DNA of 64,000 bases from Candidatus Omnitrophota bacterium (GTDB lineage: Bacteria > Omnitrophota > Gorgyraeia > Tantalellales > Tantalellaceae). The stretch covers positions 696 to 64,695 of the forward strand of contig WJMG01000027.1 in assembly GCA_014728075.1 (NCBI GenBank). Direction: 5' to 3'. Both the position numbers and the translations under genes were made by a program. The notes beneath the pieces are model-generated. The model searched no databases, was not told the origin of the DNA, and saw only the letters and a program-made list of their open reading frames with translations. Positions 49,094-59,557 of this stretch are shown here, piece after piece; within the stretch, counting starts at the first letter, position 1, and every line of letters begins with the position of its first letter.

Positions 49094-50221
49094 CTATTTC
49101 CTGGAAAGTTTTACATCCATCCACACGGCTATCGCCAGAACAAGGCCGCGGGAGATGAACTTGATCTCGGGTGAAACCGCCAGAAGCGTCATACCGTTCA
49201 ATAAGCTCGCCATGAGAAGAGCCCCGAAAAGGACTCCAAGCACCGTCCCTCTGCCCCCCTTCAGGCTTGTGCCCCCTATAACACAGGCGGCTATGGCGTC
49301 AAGCTCCATAAGGTTCCCCGTAGTCGTGGTGGAAGCTCCGGCGTAGGCCGCCTGCATGAAACCGGTTATAGACACTATCGCCCCCATTATGCAGAAAGAC
49401 CCTATCACCACCTTCTCCACCGGTATACCCGATATGACGGCCGCCTCCTCATTTCCCCCTATAGCGTAAAGGTAGCGCCCGAAGGGGGTATGCTGTGTGA
49501 TAACATAAACAACGAAAGCGGTCATTCCGAGTATGACAGCCGGAAGGGGCACCCCCCGGAACCGGCTGGTGACAATAACGAAAAGGAATATCATCTGAGC
49601 GGAAATGAACAGCTTAAGGAAAACTTTCTCGGCCGGCTCAAGCTGAAACCCATGGGCCTTTCTCTTCTTCCTTGAAGCTATTCTCGAGGCGGCCAGGACC
49701 AGGACCAGAAAAGCCGCCAAAGCGTAACCCGCCGCGGGAGGCAGGTAGTATGTGGTAAGCATGGAATAAAGATTGGTCTCGCCGCCCTTCACCACCGGTA
49801 CCGTTGAATTCTGTATTACCAGCCAGAAAAGCCCCTTAAAGACCAGGAGCCCCCCGAGAGTAATGATAAAGGCCGGGACCTTTTCCCTGGCGACGATACT
49901 TCCCATGAGGAACCATATGATCACCCCCAGCAACAGTCCTGCCAGCATAGCGAGAGGCGAAGGCCATCCCGCTTTAAAGACGAGCACGCTCGCTACCCCC
50001 CCGATAAGCCCCAGACCGCTGCCTACCGAAAGATCTATATTCCCGGGAAGTATTATCAACAGCATCCCGAGGGCGAGAATGGCCGTTATAGAGAACTCTA
50101 TGGTCAGCATAGAAAGGTTCCTGGCCCCGAGGAAATTGGGCGAAACGACCGCGAAAAACACCCAGGAAACGACAAGCGCTATAAGGATAGAAAAATCGCG
50201 TATAGACCTTACACTTTTCAT
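49094..50221 (-). CDS. Sugar ABC transporter permease (XylH/RbsC-like)
   Basis: 375-aa polytopic protein of the BPD_transp_2 type. Confidence 0.8.
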   Translation of the reverse strand: MKSVRSIRDFSILIALVVSWVFFAVVSPNFLGARNLSMLTIEFSITAILALGMLLIILPGNIDLSVGSGLGLIGGVASVLVFKAGWPSPLAMLAGLLLGVIIWFLMGSIVAREKVPAFIITLGGLLVFKGLFWLVIQNSTVPVVKGGETNLYSMLTTYYLPPAAGYALAAFLVLVLAASRIASRKKRKAHGFQLEPAEKVFLKLFISAQMIFLFVIVTSRFRGVPLPAVILGMTAFVVYVITQHTPFGRYLYAIGGNEEAAVISGIPVEKVVIGSFCIMGAIVSITGFMQAAYAGASTTTTGNLMELDAIAACVIGGTSLKGGRGTVLGVLFGALLMASLLNGMTLLAVSPEIKFISRGLVLAIAVWMDVKLSRK

Positions 50222-50386
50222 AAAGATCCTTCCTTAATACCTTCCCCTCAATGGGTTTAAACGGCGGTCATGTAAAAATGATCTTGTCAGGTCCATGTCA
50301 AGGCCCGTGTCCGGCAGGCCTTCGGCCTCTGAAGATCCACTCGACCGGGACGCTGGAACTGTATCAGGATCGTCCCGCGGGCAATT

Positions 50387-51907
50387 TTAATGCCCGATCG
50401 CCGCGGCCAGGAGTTTCTCCTGGGTTATTTCGGCGCCTTCAAAGCGCCCTGCCACCCTGCCTTCCGAAAGCATCACAACGCTGTCGCTCATGCCTATCAA
50501 TTCGGGCATTTCGCTGGAGACCATTACCACCCCGTGCCCGGAAGCCGTTAGGCTGTTCATGAGCCTGTAGACCTCCACCTTTGCCCCTACATCTATTCCC
50601 CTGGTCGGCTCGTCGAGGAAAATGATCCTGGGCCCGGTCATAAGCGACTTGCCTATTACGACTTTCTGCTGGTTGCCCCCCGAAAGGCTTTTTACTTCGG
50701 TTTCCAGGTCCGGTGCTTTTATCCTTAAAAGTCCGGACGCATCCCTGTTCTTCTCGAATTCTTTTTCGCTGTCGATAAACCCGCCCCGGGAAAGCCCGTG
50801 AAGAGAAGAAAGGGAAAGGTTAAATCCGACAGACTGATCCAGGAACAGCCCGTACCTTTTTCTATCCTCGGCAACGAGCACAAGCCCTTTATCTATCATT
50901 TCGCCCGGCGTGACCAGGCCGACCTCTTCCCCGAAAAGCCTTACTTTTCCCGACAGGCGGTAGCCCCATGCGCCGAAAATGTGCATCAGCGCCTCGGTCC
51001 TTCCTGCTCCCATAAGGCCGCCGAGGCCCAGAACCTCTCCCGACCGCAAACGAAAAGATATATCCCTGAGCACGGGTTTTTCGCCGGGGGCAGCGGCCGC
51101 CGTCAATCCTTCCACTTCTAGCAGGATATCACCTTTACGGGTCTCTCCCCTGGGGAAAAGCTCCTTGATCTCCCTGCCCACCATGAATTTGATGACCTGG
51201 TCCCTGTCAGTTTTCTCCAGGGGCAGCGATGCAACAGCTTCACCGTCACGCAGAACGGTTACACGGTCCGCCAGGGAAAAAACCTCGTCGAGCTTATGGG
51301 AAATATATATGCAGGAAACCCCTTTTGCCCTGAGGTCCCTCAGTATATCGAGAAGTATCCCGACCTCTTCTTCCGTCAGCGCGGCCGTAGGCTCGTCAAG
51401 GATAAGTATCCTGGAATCTTTGCCGAGCGCTTTCACTATCTCTACCAGCTGCTGTTGCCCGACACCGATATCTTTTATCCTGTCGGAAGGATCTATATCT
51501 ATATCGAACTTCGCGAGGAGTTCACCCGCTTTCCGGTAAACGATATCCCAGTCGATGAGCCCCCCGGATACCGGCTCCGACCCCAGAAAAATATTCTCCG
51601 CGACGGTCATTTCGCCTACCAGAGCAAGTTCCTGGTAAATTACGGCTATTCCAGCCCTCTCGGCGTCTTTTATAGAGGAGAACGCTGCCTTCCCGCCCTC
51701 CAGAAAGATCTCCCCTGAATAAGTACCCCGCGGATGGACCCCCGACAGGACTTTTATAAGAGTGGATTTCCCTGCCCCGTTCTCTCCGCAAATGGCGTGT
51801 ATTTCTCCCTCGGCCAGTTCGAAACTGACGCCTTTAAGCGCAGCGATACCTCCGAAGTGTTTTGTGATGCCTTCGGCTCTCAAAATGGTATTCATAAATA
51901 AATCCAC
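50387..51907 (-). CDS. Sugar ABC transporter ATP-binding protein, duplicated ABC domains (XylG/RbsA-like)
   Basis: It has two Walker A motifs (GENGAGKST; GLMGAGRTE) and two LSGG signatures. Confidence 0.85.
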   Translation of the reverse strand: MDLFMNTILRAEGITKHFGGIAALKGVSFELAEGEIHAICGENGAGKSTLIKVLSGVHPRGTYSGEIFLEGGKAAFSSIKDAERAGIAVIYQELALVGEMTVAENIFLGSEPVSGGLIDWDIVYRKAGELLAKFDIDIDPSDRIKDIGVGQQQLVEIVKALGKDSRILILDEPTAALTEEEVGILLDILRDLRAKGVSCIYISHKLDEVFSLADRVTVLRDGEAVASLPLEKTDRDQVIKFMVGREIKELFPRGETRKGDILLEVEGLTAAAAPGEKPVLRDISFRLRSGEVLGLGGLMGAGRTEALMHIFGAWGYRLSGKVRLFGEEVGLVTPGEMIDKGLVLVAEDRKRYGLFLDQSVGFNLSLSSLHGLSRGGFIDSEKEFEKNRDASGLLRIKAPDLETEVKSLSGGNQQKVVIGKSLMTGPRIIFLDEPTRGIDVGAKVEVYRLMNSLTASGHGVVMVSSEMPELIGMSDSVVMLSEGRVAGRFEGAEITQEKLLAAAIGH

Positions 51908-52953
51908 TACCGGTAAACCTCTTCCCTCGAGTGGAAACCGTCGGCGATCACCGTTTCGTCAAGGTTCTCGCCGGTCACCACTACCACATCGAGAAGAACG
52001 GAAGGAACTTCGACTTTTCCGTTATCCACACCGTCACCTGCTATAACGGGCCTGCCGCGGGCCATTTTCACGGCTGTCTCCGCGGCCTTGTAAGCCAGGT
52101 CCTTTATGGGCTTGTATATCGTCATCGCCTGGGTGCCGTCAACTATCCTCTGGCAGGCGATAAGTTCGGCGTCCTGTCCGGTAACGGCTACTTTTCCCGT
52201 CAGGCCTTCCTCTTTAAGGGTCTGTATCGCCCCGCCGGCCGTACCGTCGTTGGAAGCAAGTATGGCGTCAAAATCACGCCCGTGATTGGTAATGGCGGCA
52301 TTAACTATTTTTTTGGCGCTCTCGGGCTTCCAGTCTTCCGCCCAGTCCTCGTGTATCACTTCTATACGCCCGCTTTTTATGTAAGGCTCAAGAACATCGT
52401 CCTGGCCTGCCTTGAAAAGAAAAGCGTTATGGTCCATTTTGGAACCGTAAATCCGGACTATGCGTATGTTCTGTTCGTCCCCGAGGACCTCCTCGACTAT
52501 ATACCTGGCCTGCATCTGGCCCACTTTGAATCCGTCAAAAGTTATATACAGATCAAGGTCCGAATCCATTATAAGACGGTCGTACGCTATAACCGGTATC
52601 CCCGCCCTGTGGGCGAGCCTTACGGCTTTGGCCATCGCCTTGCCGTTATGCGGCACGACGACAAGGACATCAACCCCTCTGGATATCAGAGCCTCCACAT
52701 TCTTGACCTGTATGGTATCATCGCTGTTGGCGGCCTGTACCAGCACCTCCGCGCCCAGGCTCCTGACCTTTTCCACAAAGAACTTTTTATCTTTCTGCCA
52801 CCTGGCTTCCTTGAGCGTATCCATGGAAAGCCCTACCAGGACCTCGTCGTCCCCGGCGGGAACGGGCCCGGCCTGTCTGCCCCGGGAAATAAATATACCC
52901 ATCGCGATACTGAGAAAACATGAAATTACGACAAGCGCTATTCTCGATCTCAT
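51907..52953 (-). CDS. Periplasmic sugar-binding protein (XylF-like)
   Basis: Peripla_BP_4-type. Confidence 0.75.
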   Translation of the reverse strand: MRSRIALVVISCFLSIAMGIFISRGRQAGPVPAGDDEVLVGLSMDTLKEARWQKDKKFFVEKVRSLGAEVLVQAANSDDTIQVKNVEALISRGVDVLVVVPHNGKAMAKAVRLAHRAGIPVIAYDRLIMDSDLDLYITFDGFKVGQMQARYIVEEVLGDEQNIRIVRIYGSKMDHNAFLFKAGQDDVLEPYIKSGRIEVIHEDWAEDWKPESAKKIVNAAITNHGRDFDAILASNDGTAGGAIQTLKEEGLTGKVAVTGQDAELIACQRIVDGTQAMTIYKPIKDLAYKAAETAVKMARGRPVIAGDGVDNGKVEVPSVLLDVVVVTGENLDETVIADGFHSREEVYR

Positions 52954-53032
52954 AAGAACCCCTTATTTTAGCGTCAGGCGTCAAGCCAAGACCGCGCCGA
53001 AGCGTTTACGGTCACGGGTGAACGCTTCGTCG

Positions 53033-53440
53033 CTATTCGTTTACCCTGAACGAAGTAACGGTTATGGTATCCCCCCTGTCGATAGTATCTTTCATTTTCG
53101 ATCTAAGCCATTCTCTTGCGGCGTTCCGCGCGGCGGGGGTCAACCCGGCAAAACCTATAAAGTCGGTTATTATTCCCGGGGTGACCAGGAGAATTCCACT
53201 GACAAGTATTACCACACCGTCGAAAAGGGCATCCGCCGGCATGCGGCCCGCGTTAACTTCCCGCTGTATGGCTGAAAGCACACGCACCCCCTGTTGCCGG
53301 GCCATGCTCGCCCCTACTATGCCGGTGACCACTACTATTAAAAGCGTATTGAAAACACCTATGATCTGGCCCACCCTGATCAGGATACTAAGCTCCACGA
53401 AAGGCACCAGTATAAATATCAAAAGCAGATATGCGAACAT
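53033..53440 (-). CDS. fxsA: FxsA cytoplasmic membrane protein
   Basis: It has PGIITDFIG, cf. E. coli PGFFTDFLG (recalled from memory). Confidence 0.65.
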   Translation of the reverse strand: MFAYLLLIFILVPFVELSILIRVGQIIGVFNTLLIVVVTGIVGASMARQQGVRVLSAIQREVNAGRMPADALFDGVVILVSGILLVTPGIITDFIGFAGLTPAARNAAREWLRSKMKDTIDRGDTITVTSFRVNE

Positions 53441-53514
53441 ATGGTCTCCTTACAAGTTCAGCTAGAGGTCCGGGTCCGATAACACTTCGGACCGTAATGT
53501 TTCCAGGCCCGGAC

Positions 53515-53994
53515 CTAGTCCTGTTTCACATAAGCCCTGATGATCTTGCGGTCTTCTACCGGCCTATCCATAGCGCCGGTCTCGGAATTCTCGATGGCCT
53601 CTACCGTTCCATACCCAGAAACGACCTCACCGAAAATGGTATGGTTCATGTTCAGCCAGGGAGCCGGCGCGGTCGTTATGAAAAACTGGCTCCCGTTGGT
53701 CCCGGGGCCGGCATTGGCCATAGCCAGTATACCGGGCCTGTCGAACCCTACCTCACCGGTCACTTCGTCCTCGAAAGGCTCTCCCCAGAGCGATTCTCCG
53801 CCCCTGCCCGTCCCGGTCGGGTCACCTGCCTGTATCATGAAACCCTTTATCACCCTGTGAAAAATAACACCGTTATAATACCCTTTTTCCGCAAGACCGG
53901 CGAAACTCTCACAGGCTTTCGGAGCCACATCTTTCATAAGGCTCAGTTCTATATCACCCTTATCTGTACTCAGCACAACATTCACGCGTTTCAT
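53515..53994 (-). CDS. ppiB: Peptidyl-prolyl cis-trans isomerase, cyclophilin type
   Basis: It has FHRVIKGFMIQAGDP. Confidence 0.9.
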   Translation of the reverse strand: MKRVNVVLSTDKGDIELSLMKDVAPKACESFAGLAEKGYYNGVIFHRVIKGFMIQAGDPTGTGRGGESLWGEPFEDEVTGEVGFDRPGILAMANAGPGTNGSQFFITTAPAPWLNMNHTIFGEVVSGYGTVEAIENSETGAMDRPVEDRKIIRAYVKQD

Positions 53995-54068
53995 GCCCCG
54001 TCCTCCCTTTCCATGTAATTATACCGATATATGCGGTAAATTAAAATCAAAAGTTACCCGGCGGACCT

Positions 54069-55961
54069 TCATCGCGAGTCCGCGATCCTGGAAAGCGCCT
54101 TTTCATGCTCTTTCATCAATTCTTCCAGTTCATCATAAAGACCGTCCGTCCTCCCGGCGAGTTCGGAAAGTTCCCTGGACAGTTCCGATATAGACACGGC
54201 GTCACCTGATTCCGAAGCCTCGACCAGCAAATCGTTCAGCTCATTCCGCCGTTCTTCCGACCTCTCTACAGCTTTTTCGAGAACAGATATCTTTTTCTCG
54301 AGGGGCTTCAACAGTTTTGCCCGGAGCTCCCTGGCTTCGGCCCTGCGGCGCCTCGCCTCTTTAGGGGACTTCTCTCGGGCGTCCTTCTCCCGCTTCAGGC
54401 CCTTGTCCGCTTTCAATGAGCCCCCATCGGCATCGTCCCAGCCTTCCTGCTCCAGAAATTCATCGTAACGGCCCGGAAAGACCACAACCCCCTTTTCCTT
54501 GAAAGCTATTATCTTTGTAGCGACCTGCCGGAGAAAATACTCGTCGTGCGTAACGATAAGAGCGGCCCCGTCGAACCCGGAAACGGCGTCTATCATGGAT
54601 TGACAAGCCTGCATGTCAAGATGGTGTGTCGGTTCATCGAGAAGCAGGAGGTTCGAGGGAGCGAGCAGGAGTTTCCCGAGCATGAGCCTGCATTTTTCCC
54701 CTCCGGAAAGAACACCGACCTTCTTTAGCGCCGTATTACCCGAGAACATCATCGCCCCGCATATGTTCCTGACCTCTGTGCGGGATACGCCACGGGACGC
54801 CGCCGCCAGCTCTTCCTCAACGGACCTGGAATCGTCCAGCGCGGCTGTGTTTGACTGTTCGAAATAAGCCTTGATCACACCGTGATGCTCTTTTATCTGC
54901 CCATTTACCGGGGAAAGCGCTCCCGCGAGCAGGCGCATAAGCGTGGTCTTGCCCTTACCGTTCTTCCCCGCTATGCATATCTTGTCGCTTTTATCCACGG
55001 AAAAGTTCAACCCTTCTATGACATACGGCGAAGCTCCCCCGTAAGAGAATGTCAAACCCGATACCTTCATGAGGGTCTTCGCGCCGAACGGGCTGGCGTT
55101 AAAGGAAAAAGACAGGTCACGGACCTTATCCAGCTTGCTCCTTTTCTGCATCTTCCCAAGGCTTTTTATGTGGGATTGTATCCCTCTGGCGTGACGGGCT
55201 TTTGCCCGAAAGCGGTTTATATGCTCTCTCATCTGTTCCCGTTTTTTTTCCTCGTTAAGGCGATGCTTTTCGTAGACCTCCTCGTCTCTGGCTATCTGCG
55301 CGTAATAATCCCGCGTTTTCCCCCTCATTTTGCGCATCCTCCGGCGGTGTATCCCCAGAATATGATCAACGACCGAATCCATGAAACCACGGTCGTGGCT
55401 GATGACCATGAGTTCTCCTCTCCAGGTTTTCAGGAAAGATTCAAGCCAGCGTATTGATATGATGTCTAGAAAGTTGGTCGGCTCATCGAGAAGCAGAAGG
55501 TCCGGCGCCGACACAAGGACTTTCGCCAGAGCCAGCCTGACCTGGAATCCTCCGGAAAAGCCTTTTATCGGCAGGCGCATATCCTCCTCCGCAAAACCGA
55601 GGCCGGAAAGTATCTTTTCAGCTTTCCAGGTATCGTTTTTTTCGTGTACGGGAAGCCCACGGCAGGCTTCTTCCAGCACCGTAACACACTTAAAACTGAG
55701 CTGCTGGTCGAGATACCCTATCCTGTATCCCTTAGGCACATTGATCGTACCGGTATCGGGGCTTTCCCGACCGGTTAGCATCCTGAACAGAGTGGTCTTG
55801 CCGTGGCCGTTCCTTCCCACAAGCCCGATATGCTCACCGGGGCCGATATTGAGATCGGCGGACTCGAAAAGGACCTGTTCTCCGTAGGTTTTAGAAAGAT
55901 TATGACCTGATATCATTATGGGAGTATTGTAGCTATTATAGGACACATTGTCTAGCGGCAA
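54069..55961 (-). CDS. ABC-F family ATPase (Uup/EttA-like)
   Basis: It has two ABC cassettes and a C-terminal coiled-coil, with no TM domain. Confidence 0.8.
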   Translation of the reverse strand: MPLDNVSYNSYNTPIMISGHNLSKTYGEQVLFESADLNIGPGEHIGLVGRNGHGKTTLFRMLTGRESPDTGTINVPKGYRIGYLDQQLSFKCVTVLEEACRGLPVHEKNDTWKAEKILSGLGFAEEDMRLPIKGFSGGFQVRLALAKVLVSAPDLLLLDEPTNFLDIISIRWLESFLKTWRGELMVISHDRGFMDSVVDHILGIHRRRMRKMRGKTRDYYAQIARDEEVYEKHRLNEEKKREQMREHINRFRAKARHARGIQSHIKSLGKMQKRSKLDKVRDLSFSFNASPFGAKTLMKVSGLTFSYGGASPYVIEGLNFSVDKSDKICIAGKNGKGKTTLMRLLAGALSPVNGQIKEHHGVIKAYFEQSNTAALDDSRSVEEELAAASRGVSRTEVRNICGAMMFSGNTALKKVGVLSGGEKCRLMLGKLLLAPSNLLLLDEPTHHLDMQACQSMIDAVSGFDGAALIVTHDEYFLRQVATKIIAFKEKGVVVFPGRYDEFLEQEGWDDADGGSLKADKGLKREKDAREKSPKEARRRRAEARELRAKLLKPLEKKISVLEKAVERSEERRNELNDLLVEASESGDAVSISELSRELSELAGRTDGLYDELEELMKEHEKALSRIADSR

Positions 55962-56046
55962 GAACGCGCCGCGCCTTTAGCCTTTTGCCGCTATCCTAAA
56001 ATCCTTTCCTACGGCCTGAGAGCTTTGAGCTATGAGCCGATACGCA

Positions 56047-56180
56047 GAAGGTCGACAGCAAATACATATATTTTATCCCTCATCCTTCATCCTTTTTCTC
56101 TACCTCTACCTATTGTACCTGTACCTCTCCCTGCACCTCAACGAAACCTCCAGCCCCGGGCCTCCGGTCTCGAGCCTATA
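56047..56180 (-). repeat. Promoter-proximal modular repeat element, copy 2 (expanded hexamer tract)
   Basis: It is the reverse complement of copy 1, with six TNNACC-type hexamers (tctacc tctacc ..tgtacc tgtacc tctccc tgcacc) versus 3-4 in other copies. Confidence 0.7.
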
Positions 56181-56204
56181 TACCTGTACCCTGAATCGCG
56201 GTTA

Positions 56205-56213
56205 TGCTATAAT
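56205..56213 (+). promoter_or_regulatory. Extended -10 (TGcTATAAT), 7 nt before the gpmA ATG
   Basis: TGnTATAAT places the TSS at or next to the start codon. Confidence 0.4.
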
Positions 56214-56220
56214 AATAACC

Positions 56221-56973
56221 ATGCTGAAACTCGTCCTTCTCCGCCACGGTGAAAGTGAATGGAACCTCGAGAACAGGTTCACCGGCTGGACGGATGTCGA
56301 CCTTTCCCCTAAGGGGCTAAAAGAAGCCCGTGAAGCGGGCAGGCTGCTCAAGAAGAACGGATTCTCTTTCGACATTGCCTTCACCTCCCTGCTTAAAAGG
56401 GCCATACGAACACTCTGGATAGTACTTGATGAAATGGACCTGATGTGGATACCGGTAGAAAGATGCTGGCGCCTTAACGAAAGGCACTACGGGGCCCTCC
56501 AGGGCCTTAACAAACAGCAAACTGCCGCGAAATTCGGAAGCGAACAGGTCCATCTCTGGCGTCGGGGATACGATACCCCTCCGCCGGCCCTTGATAAGAC
56601 AGACAAGAGGTTTCCCGGGAACGACCCCAGATACAAAAATATACCGGAAGACCTGCTTCCCCTTACAGAATGCCTCAAGGATACGGTTGAGCGCTTTATT
56701 CCGTACTGGCAGAACACTATAGAACAGGAACTCTTAAAAAACAGGCACGCTCTCATAGCGGCCCACGGCAACAGTCTGAGAGCGCTCGTCAAATACCTGG
56801 ACAATATATCTGATGACGAAATAGCGGAACTTAATATCCCCACGGGCATACCTCTCGTGTATGAGCTTGACGAAAAACTCTCGCCGTTAAAACATTATTA
56901 TTTAGGCGACGAGGAAAAAATAAAAAAAGCCGCGGAAAAAGTGGCCCGTCAGGATAAGTTGATAAAGGAATGA
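56221..56973 (+). CDS. gpmA: 2,3-bisphosphoglycerate-dependent phosphoglycerate mutase
   Basis: Starts at [15 protein letters not shown] (RHGESxWN). The track ORF's 63-aa N-terminal extension lies in the repeat element and is rejected. Confidence 0.9.
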   Translation: MLKLVLLRHGESEWNLENRFTGWTDVDLSPKGLKEAREAGRLLKKNGFSFDIAFTSLLKRAIRTLWIVLDEMDLMWIPVERCWRLNERHYGALQGLNKQQTAAKFGSEQVHLWRRGYDTPPPALDKTDKRFPGNDPRYKNIPEDLLPLTECLKDTVERFIPYWQNTIEQELLKNRHALIAAHGNSLRALVKYLDNISDDEIAELNIPTGIPLVYELDEKLSPLKHYYLGDEEKIKKAAEKVARQDKLIKE

Positions 56974-57094
56974 AGCCCATAGCGGTGTTCTGCTCACGGG
57001 CGAGCCGGTCAACCGGACTGAAACATTGATACAATAAACCTTGCTGGTGCCGCCGTGTTCATGTGCGCCAGCACTCTACCGCAAGGAGGATACG

Positions 57095-58147
57095 ATGTCT
57101 ATCGATATACAGAAATTACTCGGAGAAGAAACATCTTATTTGCTGCAGCACGAATGCTCAACCATACCAAAAAGATATCTCCACCTGCCGGGACCTGACC
57201 ACATATCGAATATCTTCGGTATCTCAGACCGTCCGGAAAAGGTCATAAAGAGCCTTAAAAGGGTGTTCTCCCACGGAAGACTGAAAAACACCGGTTATCT
57301 TTCGATACTGCCTGTAGACCAGGGCATTGAGCACTCCGCCGGCGCCTCTTTCGCTCCGGAGCCTATATATTTCGACCCTGAGAACATAATTAAACTGGCT
57401 ATAGAGGGAGGCTGCAACGCCGTTGCTTCTACGCTGGGAGTCCTGGGGATGATATCGGAAAAATACGCTTCAAAGATCCCTTTCATATTGAAGATCAACC
57501 ATAATGAAATGCTCTCGTACCCTAATACCTACGACCAGAGGCTTTTCGCCTCCGTCGAACAGGCTTATAACATGGGCGCCGCCGGCGTCGGCGCCACAAT
57601 TTACTTCGGATCCGCCGAATCCAGGCGCCAGATAGAGGAAATTTCCGAAGCCTTCCTGATGGCCCACGAACTCGGGCTTTTTACCGTACTCTGGTGTTAC
57701 CTGAGGAACGAGGGATTCAAAAAGGACGGTGTTGATTATCACGCTTCCGCGGACTTGACCGGGCAGGCAAACCATCTGGGCGTAACAATAGAAGCCGATA
57801 TAATAAAACAGAAACTGCCCGTGAATAACGGTGGCTATACAGCTGTCGGATTCGGCAAGACCAGCTCGCTCGTATACGAAAAGCTGACCACGGACCATCC
57901 GATAGACCTTACCAGATACCAGGTGGCTAATTGTTACATGGGGCGCATAGGCCTTATCAATTCGGGGGGACCTTCCGGCGAGAACGACCTGCAACAGGCC
58001 GTACGGACCGCGGTCGTAAACAAACGCGCCGGGGGAACGGGGCTTATCTCAGGAAGGAAGGCCTTCCAGAAATCCATGAAGGACGGCATAGAGATACTTA
58101 ACGCCATCCAGGATGTTTTTCTGTCGAAGGAAGTGACTATAGCATAG
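57095..58147 (+). CDS. fbaB: Class I fructose-bisphosphate aldolase
   Basis: From ATG 57095 (RBS AGGAGGA), my recollection of E. coli FbaB aligns closely (LLQHxCxTIP, [10 protein letters not shown]). Confidence 0.85.
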   Translation: MSIDIQKLLGEETSYLLQHECSTIPKRYLHLPGPDHISNIFGISDRPEKVIKSLKRVFSHGRLKNTGYLSILPVDQGIEHSAGASFAPEPIYFDPENIIKLAIEGGCNAVASTLGVLGMISEKYASKIPFILKINHNEMLSYPNTYDQRLFASVEQAYNMGAAGVGATIYFGSAESRRQIEEISEAFLMAHELGLFTVLWCYLRNEGFKKDGVDYHASADLTGQANHLGVTIEADIIKQKLPVNNGGYTAVGFGKTSSLVYEKLTTDHPIDLTRYQVANCYMGRIGLINSGGPSGENDLQQAVRTAVVNKRAGGTGLISGRKAFQKSMKDGIEILNAIQDVFLSKEVTIA

Positions 58148-58157
58148 GGTTTAGGCA

Positions 58158-58194
58158 AAGAAAGAGCGGAGACCTTTCTCCGCTCTTTCTTTAT
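58158..58194 (+). terminator. Rho-independent terminator after fbaB
   Basis: AGAGCGGAGA, loop cctt, TCTCCGCTCT, then TT.T run. Confidence 0.7.
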
Positions 58195-58217
58195 ACGCTA
58201 CGCGCTATACCCTGTAC

Positions 58218-58556
58218 CTATTCCTTCTCCCTCTCCTCTTTGCACTTAACGCAGTATTTAGCGTAGGGTAACGCCTTCAGCCTTTCGATCTTTATTTCTT
58301 CACCGCAATCGAGACATCGTCCGTAGGAACCGTCCCCTATCCTCTGAAGGGCTTCCTCTACCTCCCGTATCTCGACCTCCTCGATAAGATCCTCCTGCTC
58401 AAGCACATCGGCCTCTTCCCTGGCGCTGAGCGCGTCCTCCGAGTCCTGCGGCATCTCCTGCCTTATTTCCTTACCGAGGATCTGCATTTGCCTCCCCAGA
58501 TCATCGTGTATCTTTTTTAGTTTATTTTCCAGCCGCTTAAGTGTCTTTTCGTCCAT
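58218..58556 (-). CDS. DksA/TraR-family C4 zinc-finger protein
   Basis: It has CLDCGEEI...CVKC. Start at MDEK has a GGAAAGGAG RBS. Confidence 0.65.
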   Translation of the reverse strand: MDEKTLKRLENKLKKIHDDLGRQMQILGKEIRQEMPQDSEDALSAREEADVLEQEDLIEEVEIREVEEALQRIGDGSYGRCLDCGEEIKIERLKALPYAKYCVKCKEEREKE

Positions 58557-58575
58557 ATTACTCCTTTCCCCGGAA

Positions 58576-58935
58576 TTACCAGTCATGGCCTTTATAGGAA
58601 CAGGACGCGTCCTCTTCCATACTCCCCAGGTAATAAGTTCCGCCGGACGGGCAGTAAGGCGCTTTTCTTATATACCCGGTTACCAGGTCGCTCCAGTCGG
58701 GACGGGACCCCCTTCCCTCTCCTTTATCCATAGCCCACATCTTTTTTGCGTCGTCCAGCCTCTTAAGGTTGAAGAGACACACCTTTCTTCTGGCCCTTCT
58801 CCCTGCATCTATGTATTCATGCCCGGCGATGGCCAGGATAAAAGTGATGATCGCCAGGACCACCATCATCTCAAGCAGTGTCAAGCCGGACGACGGCGAA
58901 AAGAACCCTTTGGTCTTATAAAACGGATTTTTCAT
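58576..58935 (-). CDS. Prepilin-type N-terminal cleavage/methylation domain protein
   Basis: GLTLLEMMVVLAII. Confidence 0.65.
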   Translation of the reverse strand: MKNPFYKTKGFFSPSSGLTLLEMMVVLAIITFILAIAGHEYIDAGRRARRKVCLFNLKRLDDAKKMWAMDKGEGRGSRPDWSDLVTGYIRKAPYCPSGGTYYLGSMEEDASCSYKGHDW

Positions 58936-58989
58936 CTATCAAGGATAAATATATCTCACGAAAGGCGCGGAGGCAAGACCTGTCCATCA

Positions 58990-59269
58990 TTAAAGCGCTC
59001 TGAGGACCTCTTCCCTTGCTTCCAGAAAGCTGAAAAGGACCGAACCGTTCATGCGTCTCACGGGAGGAAGTTCCAGTCTTCCCGGAAAATCCTCTTCTTT
59101 ACCGGCAGCGGAAGATCCAAGGAAACCGGGGCTCCGGCCCAGCGCCTCCTGGACCCCCCGCGCCAAAGGAACTTCATATAAAGCTGCCTCGAGGGAAGAT
59201 GCCCCGACAGGCGAAAGAAAAACACACAAAAGCGCCGCGAAAATTATAATTCTCCGGAAAGGATGCATT
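58990..59269 (-). CDS. Hypothetical secreted protein (93 aa)
   Basis: Start MHPFRR has a GAGGAG RBS, plus a signal peptide. The track's longer N-terminus lies in repeat copy 3. Confidence 0.4.
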
Positions 59270-59296
59270 TTTTCTCCTCTTCTGTTTCTCTCCACC

Positions 59297-59445
59297 CTGT
59301 TGTTCATTGTAACTCCATGGGGGGAAATAGACAAGAGAATAGCGTACAGCGTGTAGCGCATATAGCCTCGAGGCCGGAGGCCCGGGACTGGAGGTTTCGT
59401 TGAGGTACAGGTAGAGGTAGAGAAAAATGATGCAGGATAAAATAT
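59297..59445 (+). repeat. Promoter-proximal modular repeat element, copy 3 (with embedded TTGTCT-17-TACAAT promoter)
   Basis: 59297-59380 is nearly identical to 60675-60758, and 59381-59445 matches copies 1 and 2. Confidence 0.7.
59307..59335 (-). promoter_or_regulatory. sigma70-type promoter within repeat copy 3
   Basis: TTGTCT, a 17-nt spacer and TACAAT on the minus strand. Confidence 0.5.
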
Positions 59446-59557
59446 ATGTGGTTCTATTATGCTTTCTATGATAACAGGAACTTCCTCGACCCGACCCTTT
59501 TTCCCTTATCCTTAATTGTTTTACAGGGCTTCCCCCGGCACATTAACTTGCCGCTGA

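Noticed and set aside
51931-52923. 330-aa plus-strand ORF and overlapping 271-aa ORF at 52460-53275
   Set aside because: They are antisense to the XylF-like binding protein.
56061-56150. Possible CRISPR-like or tandem array from the TCTACC / TGTACC hexamers
   Set aside because: The units are 6 bp, degenerate and unspaced. This is a simple-sequence tract inside the repeat element, not repeat-spacer architecture, and no cas genes are present.
56032-56220. N-terminal 63-aa extension of the gpmA ORF ([19 protein letters not shown]...)
   Set aside because: It is made of repeat-element sequence, including the TCTACC hexamer tract. The conserved GpmA N-terminus starts at [15 protein letters not shown], directly after an extended -10.
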